Positions 7,387 to 14,918 of a DNA stretch of 32,000 bases are shown here, one piece after another. The translations under genes were made by a program, and so were the position numbers. The notes under the pieces were generated by a model, which worked only from the letters and a program-made list of their open reading frames with translations, was not told the origin of the DNA and ran no database searches. This DNA comes from Planctomycetales bacterium (GTDB lineage Bacteria; 4484-113; JAFGCY01): assembly GCA_022646745.1 (NCBI GenBank), contig CP060262.1, positions 1,050,001 to 1,082,000 on the forward strand, given 5' to 3'. Numbering within the stretch: the stretch's first letter is position 1; each line of letters opens with the position of its first letter.

Positions 7387-9801
7387 ATGGAACACGGCAT
7401 GCCAGCCGTCGGGGACAGTGCGCGGGGGATCGAAGGCAATCCCGTGCTGCGCCTGCTTGAGCTGCAGGCCTCGCGCCGCCGGGGCTTGCTGCATGACCTG
7501 GCAGCGCGGCCGATGCTGGTCGCTGCCAGTGCATTCCTCGCCATCCTCAGCTGCCTCTTCATCCTGCGCCAGTTCTGGATGCTGTCGCAGCTTGACCCAA
7601 GGCACGCCAGCCCGCTCTACATCCAGAGCGCACAGGTAACGGCTGTCAACTCCTGCCTTGCGCTTGCTGCACTGGTCTGCCTGTTCAGTGCTCTCTCACT
7701 GATGTTCAGTGCCTACCAGCAGGCGCTGATGCTGTTCCAGCCAAAGGGCCGCAGCCCGGGCCTGCGGATTGACGACATGCTCAGGCTGAGTAACCCGGAT
7801 GCGGTGCAGCTGGTCCGGGCCTTCCTGCTGTTCCACGCCAGGCGAGTTTTGGCTGCACTGGCATTTCCGCTGTTGCTGACAGTCGTTTACACAGCGCTGT
7901 GGATATATGACAACAGTATCTACATCGGCTGGAATTCCTACCAGATCTCCTGGTTTCTATTGCCCCTGCCGGCATTGCTGCTGCTGCTGGCCAATGGCTG
8001 GCTGTTCCTGACGAGCATGCTGCTCGGCCTGGCAATCGGCCCGCGACTGCGCAACCCGCTTCTGGGAATGCTGCTTCCCTGGGTATTCCACATCGGAGGA
8101 GCGCTGGCCCTCGGACTGACAATCGCAGGCCTGCACGAACTGATGTACGGATACTCGTACTATGCATACTACGACCGGCCGGATACTGACATCCTATACC
8201 TGTTTTTCCCCACGCTGTTCCCGCTGGCAGCGCTCTGGATCCTGCACAACTCAGCATTTCACCGGATGCGCGACTGGCTGGCCAGGGAACAGCAGGATAC
8301 TGGCAGGCAGGGGACTGGCAACGTTGATAGTGGTGGTGCGGAAAGCACAGGGCCAGTAGCACGCATTCCACTTGCCGTGATGCTGATCGGTGGCGTACCA
8401 CTGCTCTGCGCGGCAAGCCTGTTCCTGGCAAGCCTCGGCTACAGTCAACCAAAGCCGACACCAAGCGGGGATGCAGTGCTGGACTGGTATGTGGCATACA
8501 ACGATGCCCTGATTGAGAAGAACATCCTGCATGAGCCATTCGCGGGGCTGTTGACAGACCTGACTAACGGCATCTTCAGCCGGGACTGGTCAGTCTGGTA
8601 CGACGACGCGCTGGTCCGGCTGGTGGAACCAGTGCTTGGCAATGACCCGGAATGGATCAGCCTGCGCTCAGAGATGCTGCGCCTGAACATGAACAATGAC
8701 ATGAACCAGGTCATGCCCCCGGCGGATGTTGCCAACGAACTTGGTGCGCAGGACAATGAGGAACTGGCCATCCTGCTGCTGGAGCAGGCGCTTGGGCAGG
8801 GCATGGACGATCCCTGGGCCGAGTTTGCCGTGCTGAAGTACCGCCTGGAGCAGACCGGGAATGAGATTGCTGAATATGACAGTCCCAGCCTTCGAGATGT
8901 GCCAGCAACACTGCTGGCAGAGAACTCGCGAATCGAAGGAGAGATCACACAGCTGGCGCAGCAGATGCAGGAAGCATGGCCCCTGTACTGGCTGGCTGGC
9001 AGCATCTGGTGGAAGGAGCCGCAGCGCAGCGCGGAGCTGATCGAGGCTGGCAACGCCCTGCCCTGCACGAGCATCGGCGGGCATTTCGTGGAGCGCAGGC
9101 TGTACCCGGCCATCCTCGATGGCAGAGTCTCGATGGAGCCTGTACCGGCAATGATGCAGCGCAGTTTCAGTGCCTACTACTGCATGGATTTCATCGGACT
9201 GCATGACTATTTCAGTAGCTACCGCAGGATGCTGGAACAGTACGCTGCACAAAACGACATGCAGAAACTGGACGACCTGAAGCTGATGTTCCTGCGTTGT
9301 TCAGCCTGCGAGGACAACAACTTCCTTTCCAGCCTGCAGGGACTTGGGAACACGAGCAGGATCTGCTCAGAGCTGATGAAGCAGCCAGATATCAGCGTGA
9401 ATGATTACCAGAAGCTAAGTGCTTACCGGGCGGAAGTGCGGCTGCTGATTGCAAGTTACAGGGCTACGCCGGCCATGTCGGCGATGCTGGCAAAGCGCAA
9501 GCTGAACCTGCCTTTCACCGGCAGCTACCTGCCGGATTACCTGCCCCGCGGGGACTGGGAGATGCTTCCACTGTTCACTGAACTGTTCCTCAGCGCTGGC
9601 CGGCTGGTGGTCATATTCAATCTGGAGAATGACGAGGATTCGCTGGCGGTGGCGGTGGACCACCTGCAGTGGACACGCGAGCATCGCGAGGAGATCCTCG
9701 CCCTGCAGGATTTCGATTTCAGCTCGCTGGAGATGGCGGCGTTGCCGATACGGCCTGAAGTATTGCCCGTCGGCCCGGGTATCGAAATGGCGTTTGAATA
9801 G
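7387..9801 (+). CDS. Hypothetical polytopic membrane protein with a large soluble C-terminal domain
   Basis: 804-aa ORF. Residues 1-350 contain multiple hydrophobic helices (e.g. LVAASAFLAILSCLFIL, ALAFPLLLTVVYTALWIY, LPALLLLLANGWLFLTSMLLGLAI). The C-terminal ~450 aa are soluble and helical. I recognise no family. Start codon uncertain. Confidence 0.65.
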   Translation: MEHGMPAVGDSARGIEGNPVLRLLELQASRRRGLLHDLAARPMLVAASAFLAILSCLFILRQFWMLSQLDPRHASPLYIQSAQVTAVNSCLALAALVCLFSALSLMFSAYQQALMLFQPKGRSPGLRIDDMLRLSNPDAVQLVRAFLLFHARRVLAALAFPLLLTVVYTALWIYDNSIYIGWNSYQISWFLLPLPALLLLLANGWLFLTSMLLGLAIGPRLRNPLLGMLLPWVFHIGGALALGLTIAGLHELMYGYSYYAYYDRPDTDILYLFFPTLFPLAALWILHNSAFHRMRDWLAREQQDTGRQGTGNVDSGGAESTGPVARIPLAVMLIGGVPLLCAASLFLASLGYSQPKPTPSGDAVLDWYVAYNDALIEKNILHEPFAGLLTDLTNGIFSRDWSVWYDDALVRLVEPVLGNDPEWISLRSEMLRLNMNNDMNQVMPPADVANELGAQDNEELAILLLEQALGQGMDDPWAEFAVLKYRLEQTGNEIAEYDSPSLRDVPATLLAENSRIEGEITQLAQQMQEAWPLYWLAGSIWWKEPQRSAELIEAGNALPCTSIGGHFVERRLYPAILDGRVSMEPVPAMMQRSFSAYYCMDFIGLHDYFSSYRRMLEQYAAQNDMQKLDDLKLMFLRCSACEDNNFLSSLQGLGNTSRICSELMKQPDISVNDYQKLSAYRAEVRLLIASYRATPAMSAMLAKRKLNLPFTGSYLPDYLPRGDWEMLPLFTELFLSAGRLVVIFNLENDEDSLAVAVDHLQWTREHREEILALQDFDFSSLEMAALPIRPEVLPVGPGIEMAFE

Positions 9802-9828
9802 TTGTCAGTAGTCAGTGGGCAGTAGGCA
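9801..9828 (+). repeat. Degenerate tandem heptamer array, 4 units, overlapping the stop codon of the upstream gene
   Basis: GTTGTCA GTAGTCA GTGGGCA GTAGGCA. Confidence 0.75.
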
Positions 9829-9849
9829 GGCTTACAGCCTGGCCTCCGG
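9827..9849 (+). repeat. 23-nt direct repeat, copy 1 (contains the hairpin CAGGCT-TAC-AGCCTG)
   Basis: CAGGCTTACAGCCTGGCCTCCGG, identical to 10061-10083. Confidence 0.9.
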
Positions 9850-9853
9850 ACAG

Positions 9854-9945
9854 CAATGAGCAATGAGTGGGGAGCAATGAGCCTATCAACGTGGAGGCAA
9901 CTTCGATGCGGATCTGACTCATTGCTTATTCTTCATTTCTCATTG
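9854..9945. repeat. Inverted pair of heptamer arrays (potential long imperfect hairpin)
   Basis: 9854-9881 reads CAATGAG CAATGAG TGGGGAG CAATGAG. 9918-9945 reads CTCATTG CTTATTC TTCATTT CTCATTG. The outer units are exact reverse complements. Confidence 0.75.
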
Positions 9946-9948
9946 CTC

Positions 9949-9980
9949 TAAAAAAAGGGGAGCCCGGAGGCTCCCCTTTC
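9949..9980. terminator. Bidirectional rho-independent terminator between convergent genes
   Basis: A8 run, then GGGGAGCC-CGGA-GGCTCCCC (9957-9976), then TTT. The shape suits termination from both directions, but the T tail on the + strand is short. Confidence 0.7.
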
Positions 9981-9981
9981 A

Positions 9982-10009
9982 GTTGTCAGTTGTCAGTTGT
10001 CAGTTGCCA
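9982..10009 (+). repeat. Tandem heptamer array, 4 units
   Basis: GTTGTCA GTTGTCA GTTGTCA GTTGCCA. Confidence 0.85.
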
Positions 10010-10060
10010 GAATGAATTCGGCTGTCTGCTGGAGGCCAAGCCGTTGGCTTGGCAAATCGC

Positions 10061-10083
10061 CAGGCTTACAGCCTGGCCTCCGG
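10061..10083 (+). repeat. 23-nt direct repeat, copy 2, ending 1 nt from the stop codon of the minus-strand PpiD-like gene
   Basis: CAGGCTTACAGCCTGGCCTCCGG, identical to 9827-9849. Confidence 0.9.
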
Positions 10084-10084
10084 C

Positions 10085-12370
10085 TTACTCCCCGTCGGGA
10101 TTGTCAGCGGGCGGGGTCTCGCCGCCGGTCTCGGGGGCATCGCCCTCACTGCCCGGAGTCGCTTCGCCATCCGCCGCAGCATCTGCAGCCGCATCACCCT
10201 CGGTTGCCTCACCGCCTTCAGTGGCGGCACCACCAGTGGCAGTGCCATCAGCCGGCGTATTGGCAGCTTCCTCCAGCTCGGACAGGTCAGGCATCTGGAA
10301 AGAGCCGTCGCCGAAGGGCACCGAATTGCCGGGGTTGTTCTGCGCCTCACGGATCGCCGCGTCCAGTTGCTCCTGGCGGTAGGCCGCCTTCTTCTCCTCG
10401 ACCTTCGCCAGGCCGTCCTCATCGTCAAGCTGCTCATAGCCCTGCTGGATCATGGCCAGCGTGGCTGTGTCGGCATTGGCGACGTACTTCAGCGCGGTCT
10501 CGAGGTTCTCGCGGGCCTGGTCCGTATTGTCCAGCCAGGCCAGGTTGACGCCACGCGCTGCATAGGCCGCGGCGTTGTAGTTGTCACTTTCGGTGACCTT
10601 GGCCAGGTTGGCCTCGATCTCCTCACGGGCCTTCGGGCGGTCCACCTGCTGGCCGAGCACCATGTCCTCGGTCTCCAGCCATTCCATGTAGGTGTCGGCC
10701 ACCAGCCAGTAGCTGAACATGCTCGGGTTGTCACCCTCCGCCGCCTGGCCCATCTTCAGGTAGCCGATCGCCAGCGCATACAGCGGGGTGGTCTCATCCG
10801 CCTCCTGAGGCCTGCTGGCATCCTCCGCCAGCGCATCCTCGATGCTGGCAACGGGCTCTGCCTCAGCGGCGGCCTCATCAGCGGCAGCCTCGGCATCCTC
10901 AGCGGCAACGGCCTCATCAACGGCGGCGGCGGAGTCGATGTCCGCGCCCTCCTCGTTGATGGCGGCTTCCGCATCGTCTCCGGCGGCGGCCTCCTCCTCA
11001 GCACTGGCGGCCTCATCCTGCGCGATGATCGCGTCCACGGCCTCCATCGCGCTGTCAGCGGCGGCGGCATCCTCCTCAGCGGCGACGGCGTCGTCGGCAC
11101 TGGGGATGCGGTTGTCCCACTTCGGCTGCATGATGCTGAAATCGTAGTTCCCACCGACCGCCGCATTGCCGGCGATCTGCTTCAGGTCGTCAAATGTCAC
11201 ATCGGAGGCGGTGTACAGTCGGTCATCCTGCAGCGCCTGGTAGGCCAGCACGTAAGGGATGTTGATCTCCACCTTCGCAGCGCTGACGAGGTCCGCGATC
11301 TGCTCGTAGGCCGCAGTCGGGTCGCTGTTGTTGAGCTGGATCTGGCGGGCCTTCACACTGCGGTAACGGTCGCCGATCTCCTCCTCGGTCGGTTCGTAGT
11401 CGTCACCCTTCTCATCCTTGATCTTCTGGATCAGCTCGGGCTTCTTCTCCTCGTACTCCGGGCCCTCGGGCTCACGCTTGTCGTAGACCTGGAAGCGCTG
11501 CAGGCCGGCCGGGATCTCGAACCACTCGGTCATCTCGCCGACGGGGGTGGCGAACAGCGCGTCGTCATTCGCCTCATCCTGCAGCAGGCCGGGGAACACC
11601 CAGGTGTTCAGGTCGCCGCCGTTGTCAGCATTGCTGTCGTCACTGAACTCGCGGGCCAGCTCGGAGAAGGTCTCGCCGCCCTTGAGGCGCTCCTCGATCA
11701 GGAGCCGGGTCTCATTCATCTTCTGCTCCTTCTCGGCATCCGCCAGCTCCACGAGCTTGTCCTGGCAGTTGGTGACCTGCAGGCTGTGGCGGACGTTCTT
11801 CTCCCATGTGGCATTGTCCATGCCGTTCATGTCCAGGTAGCGGCGGAAGGCCTCGCGCCGCGCCTTGTTCTTGTTCAGGTTCTTCGCGAGGTCACCGACC
11901 ACGTTGCCGGTGGTCTCATCCGTGCTGGCGAGGAACTGGTCGATGATCTTGCTGCGCTGCTCCTCCACCTCATCGTTGGTGACGGTGACGCCGTATTCCT
12001 TGCCCTTCTGCAGCAGCACGTTGTCACGTACCAGCTTGCGCGCGGTCTCGCCGTAGATCTGCAGCATCAGCTCATAGTCGCTGCGATTCTGCAGGTAGTT
12101 GCGGGTCATGAACTCGAGGTTCGTGGCGAACTCGTCAAGGCTGACCGGCTCGTCGTTCACGAACATCGCCACCCCTTCGTAGCGGCCGTCCCGCTTGACC
12201 AGCGGCAGCTTGCCACCTGCGGCGCCCATCCCGGCATTGTTGTTGTCCTGGAAGATCGGGCTGTAGTAGGCACCGACACCAAGGCCGCCGAGGATCGACA
12301 GGAGCATCACGCCGGCAAAGATCCAGATGCCGGTGGCTCCCTTCTTCCTGATTAACTCCATGAAACGCAT
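10085..12370 (-). CDS. PpiD/SurA-N-like periplasmic chaperone with a degenerate parvulin domain, an acidic low-complexity insert and an acidic tail
   Basis: N-terminal TM anchor (IWIFAGVMLLSILGGLGVGAYY). SurA_N-like region. Parvulin-like stretch (GETFSELAREFSDDSNADNGGDLNTWVFPGLL..FATPVGEMTEWFEIPAGLQRFQV). AGGAG SD 9 nt upstream of ATG 12370. Confidence 0.7.
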   Translation of the reverse strand: MRFMELIRKKGATGIWIFAGVMLLSILGGLGVGAYYSPIFQDNNNAGMGAAGGKLPLVKRDGRYEGVAMFVNDEPVSLDEFATNLEFMTRNYLQNRSDYELMLQIYGETARKLVRDNVLLQKGKEYGVTVTNDEVEEQRSKIIDQFLASTDETTGNVVGDLAKNLNKNKARREAFRRYLDMNGMDNATWEKNVRHSLQVTNCQDKLVELADAEKEQKMNETRLLIEERLKGGETFSELAREFSDDSNADNGGDLNTWVFPGLLQDEANDDALFATPVGEMTEWFEIPAGLQRFQVYDKREPEGPEYEEKKPELIQKIKDEKGDDYEPTEEEIGDRYRSVKARQIQLNNSDPTAAYEQIADLVSAAKVEINIPYVLAYQALQDDRLYTASDVTFDDLKQIAGNAAVGGNYDFSIMQPKWDNRIPSADDAVAAEEDAAAADSAMEAVDAIIAQDEAASAEEEAAAGDDAEAAINEEGADIDSAAAVDEAVAAEDAEAAADEAAAEAEPVASIEDALAEDASRPQEADETTPLYALAIGYLKMGQAAEGDNPSMFSYWLVADTYMEWLETEDMVLGQQVDRPKAREEIEANLAKVTESDNYNAAAYAARGVNLAWLDNTDQARENLETALKYVANADTATLAMIQQGYEQLDDEDGLAKVEEKKAAYRQEQLDAAIREAQNNPGNSVPFGDGSFQMPDLSELEEAANTPADGTATGGAATEGGEATEGDAAADAAADGEATPGSEGDAPETGGETPPADNPDGE

Positions 12371-12434
12371 CGTACGTATCTCCTATCCGCCTTTCCGGGC
12401 GCACACGACCGCATCGCCGCGGCGTGAACTCACG

Positions 12435-12443
12435 ATTATATCA
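12435..12443 (-). promoter_or_regulatory. Extended -10 promoter candidate (TGATATAAT) for the PpiD-like gene
   Basis: The minus strand reads TGATATAAT (TGn + perfect TATAAT), about 65 nt upstream of the start codon. No convincing -35 element. Confidence 0.45.
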
Positions 12444-12478
12444 ATAATCGGGCTATCCGGGGAGGCGCCCGGCAAGTA

Positions 12479-13846
12479 TCAGACGTCCATCAGTTCGCCA
12501 TTCTTCACGGCCCAGGCGATTCCGTCCGGTTCACCGTCCGGCTGCACCGGCACGTTCTGCAGTGCGCTCTTCTGCACGCAGGGCAGCGGCGAGATGCGGT
12601 TGAGGTAATAGGACTTGCCCTCCTCCCCGATCATGTCCATGCCGGTACCGGGATCACTGAGGAACTTCACCAGGTAGTAGCCGCTGACCTTGCGCGGATA
12701 CAGCTCCGCACTGCCGCCGCCCGTGCCAAAGGGCACGTTGCCGGAGGAGTCAGTCTCGAACACCGGCAAGTAGCCCCAGCCATCAGGGATGAAGCCGAAG
12801 CCGCGGTTCTCGAGCTTCATGTTCGCCGTCACGTTTCCGAGGGTGCGCGGGTACTGACCTTCCTTCTTGCGGTAGGCCTCGATCGAATTGACCACCTGGT
12901 CAACCTCAGCCTGGTGCTCATGGCCATACTCCCGGCCGTAGCGCACGTAGAGGTCATCATCCATCAATTCACCGGCAGAGGCGAAAGGCACCAGCACCAG
13001 GTTGTAGGTCAGGCCCTGGCGCTCGCGGTAGCTGGCCAGGTAGTTGGACAGGGCATTGCGCAGCGGCTTGTCACCGGGATCGGCGCATGCGGCTTCCGCA
13101 TCACTGCCCCCGACGAAAGCGGTGGCAGTGATGGTCTGGGCCGCGGCATCCTCCACCTTTGATTCCACCCGGAAGCGGTAGACATAGGCATCCACCCCGG
13201 TTGCCTGCCAGGCATCCAGGTGGTCGCTGAAGGTATCCGCGAGGCTGTGGCGGAATTCGTCGTCAATCGTTATCGCGACGAATGGCTGCTCCAGCTCGCC
13301 ACTGGTCTGTTCCTTCTTCTCGGCTTGCATGCCTGAGAAGTCGATGCGGCTGATACCGAAGGCCACCACCGCGATGATCGCCACGCCGAGGATGACCTTC
13401 ATCAGGGTGTTGCCGGCCGGGGCGTCGATGCTGCCGCCGGCGTCGAATGCGGGCGGGGCTGAGCTGGCGCCCGAGCGGTACTGGAAACCGCATTCGGGGC
13501 AGACCCCGCCGCTGAACTCGGTGATGGTGTTGCAACCGGGACAGAGGCGGTTTCCTTCAACTGTCGAGGCTGAGGCCGGCTGGTCCGAGCGCGGGTCATT
13601 GTCCGCATGGATCGGATCTCCAGCCCCGCCGAGGCGCATGTGCAGTGCCACGCCGCTGTCGATGTCCTCATTCGAGGGATCCGGCAGGCGACCGCTGCCG
13701 GTATGGCCCTGTGCCGAGTAATCCGGCTCGACTGCGTCCCCGGCCCCGCCGAGTTTCATGTGCAGTGCAAGGCCGGGGTCCAGCTCCGGCCTGTCATCGC
13801 CCTGCTGCCAGTCTGCACTGTCGCGTCCGTCTCGCTTGTCATCCAT
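12479..13846 (-). CDS. Zinc-ribbon membrane protein with a large extracytoplasmic domain (uncharacterised)
   Basis: ORF trimmed to ATG 13846 (GGGAG SD upstream). Acidic N-terminus with a duplicated ALHM(K/R)LGGAGD motif. CPGC-x12-CPEC zinc ribbon. One TM helix (VILGVAIIAVVAFGI). About 300 aa lie outside the membrane. Confidence 0.7.
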   Translation of the reverse strand: MDDKRDGRDSADWQQGDDRPELDPGLALHMKLGGAGDAVEPDYSAQGHTGSGRLPDPSNEDIDSGVALHMRLGGAGDPIHADNDPRSDQPASASTVEGNRLCPGCNTITEFSGGVCPECGFQYRSGASSAPPAFDAGGSIDAPAGNTLMKVILGVAIIAVVAFGISRIDFSGMQAEKKEQTSGELEQPFVAITIDDEFRHSLADTFSDHLDAWQATGVDAYVYRFRVESKVEDAAAQTITATAFVGGSDAEAACADPGDKPLRNALSNYLASYRERQGLTYNLVLVPFASAGELMDDDLYVRYGREYGHEHQAEVDQVVNSIEAYRKKEGQYPRTLGNVTANMKLENRGFGFIPDGWGYLPVFETDSSGNVPFGTGGGSAELYPRKVSGYYLVKFLSDPGTGMDMIGEEGKSYYLNRISPLPCVQKSALQNVPVQPDGEPDGIAWAVKNGELMDV

Positions 13847-13898
13847 GCCAATCACTCCCGGCCAGAAAGCTGATTCTAGCATTACATGTGACACGGAA

Positions 13899-14405
13899 AT
13901 GCTAGACTGGTTCGCGGTGCAACGGAACCTGGTAAGCCGGATGGAGATCTGGGTGCTCAGCAGCGGAGCCGGTTTCCTGCTGCTGCTGCTGCTGCTGCGT
14001 GCAGGCTGGATGTACTTCCGCTTCCGGAGCTTCCCCCTCAGTGACCTGCAGATGATCCTCCCGGCACTGGCAATCGGGATGCTGCTGCTTGCCAACTGGA
14101 CCCTGAAGGGCGGGCTCGGCCAGCTGATCGGCGGAATCCTTGGCCTGGCCTGCTGGCTGCTGGCATTCTGGATGCTGCCATTCATGTCCTGGCCGATCGC
14201 CGACCTGCCGCAGTGGATGGTCTACGCCGCGCTGGGCTTCCTTGCCTTTTCCGCGCTCTACACCTCGATGGCCCGGGCCTCAAGCCGCCTGCGCCTGCGC
14301 CTGCATGGCCGGGAATGGATCCTCAGGCACCTGCGCGGTGAATCCTTCCTGCGCCGCCTCGATGCCCAGGCACACCTCAACGGCCTCGGACTGATTGCTG
14401 ATTAG
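13899..14405 (+). CDS. Hypothetical multi-pass membrane protein
   Basis: Four or five hydrophobic helices (e.g. GAGFLLLLLLLRAGWMYF, ILPALAIGMLLLANW, GGILGLACWLLAFWMLPF). Divergent from the zinc-ribbon gene. The start choice (ATG 13899) is uncertain. Confidence 0.5.
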   Translation: MLDWFAVQRNLVSRMEIWVLSSGAGFLLLLLLLRAGWMYFRFRSFPLSDLQMILPALAIGMLLLANWTLKGGLGQLIGGILGLACWLLAFWMLPFMSWPIADLPQWMVYAALGFLAFSALYTSMARASSRLRLRLHGREWILRHLRGESFLRRLDAQAHLNGLGLIAD

Positions 14406-14461
14406 CAGGTATATTCCAATCTCCGCTATTGAATAAATTATTAGTCTGTGTTGAATGTGAC

Positions 14462-14470
14462 TGATAGAAT
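14462..14470 (+). promoter_or_regulatory. Extended -10 promoter candidate (TGATAGAAT)
   Basis: TGn + TAGAAT in an AT-rich spacer, about 38 nt upstream of ATG 14508. A GAGG SD lies at 14494-14497. Confidence 0.45.
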
Positions 14471-14507
14471 GGGATCATCAGCACACTCTTGACGAGGTAC
14501 CTTTATT

Positions 14508-14717
14508 ATGTCTGCAGTTACTTACCAAACGGTACTCAGCTGGCTTGAGTACTGGGCACAGCCCGCGAAGGACAGTTACAAGGTCTGGGAGGATAACTTC
14601 GACAGCCTGCCACCGCCACCTGGATATGAGTTCAGGACCTATGAAGAGGCTGCACTGTGGATTTCAACGAATTACACCGGTGGACCTGTCCCGAACCCGC
14701 CAACTTCAAGTTCCTGA
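14508..14717 (+). CDS. Small hypothetical protein (69 aa) in an AT-richer islet
   Basis: ATG preceded by a GAGG SD. Aromatic-rich sequence with a PPPPG run. No family recognised. Confidence 0.45.
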   Translation: MSAVTYQTVLSWLEYWAQPAKDSYKVWEDNFDSLPPPPGYEFRTYEEAALWISTNYTGGPVPNPPTSSS

Positions 14718-14813
14718 GCAAGTTTGAACGAGAGGAAAACAGACACGTCATGAATGGCAGGAGGGTGGATCCCAACCCACTCCGGGACTGCCCTCCCGTC
14801 ATTTCCCAAGCTT

Positions 14814-14859
14814 CCGGCCGGTGCTTGCTCCCAGGCAACATCTCCATCGCACCGGCCGG
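14814..14859 (+). other. Strong hairpin in a ~200-nt leader (perfect 11-bp stem)
   Basis: CCGGCCGGTGC (14814-14824) pairs with GCACCGGCCGG (14849-14859) across a 24-nt loop, followed by pyrimidine-rich CTTGCCTTTCTTCCCC. It may be a terminator for the small ORF or a leader element for the next gene. Confidence 0.5.
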
Positions 14860-14918
14860 CTTGCCTTTCTTCCCCGGATCAATCACCCAGCAATCCGCTA
14901 TGCCTTAAGATTGGACTG

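Noticed and set aside
9827-10083. The direct-repeat-bounded 257-nt segment as a MITE or IS remnant
   Set aside because: It has no terminal inverted repeats next to the direct repeats and no transposase fragment. A 23-nt repeat is much longer than typical target-site duplications. It is reported as an unexplained composite repeat instead.
10049-12355. 768-aa plus-strand ORF (plus nested ORFs) covering the whole PpiD-like gene on the opposite strand
   Set aside because: Its composition is dominated by Leu/Gly/Val/Arg/Ala with no recognisable motifs, while the minus-strand frame has a TM anchor, SurA_N-like and parvulin-like regions and a proper SD. It is a typical antisense open frame in GC-rich repetitive coding DNA.
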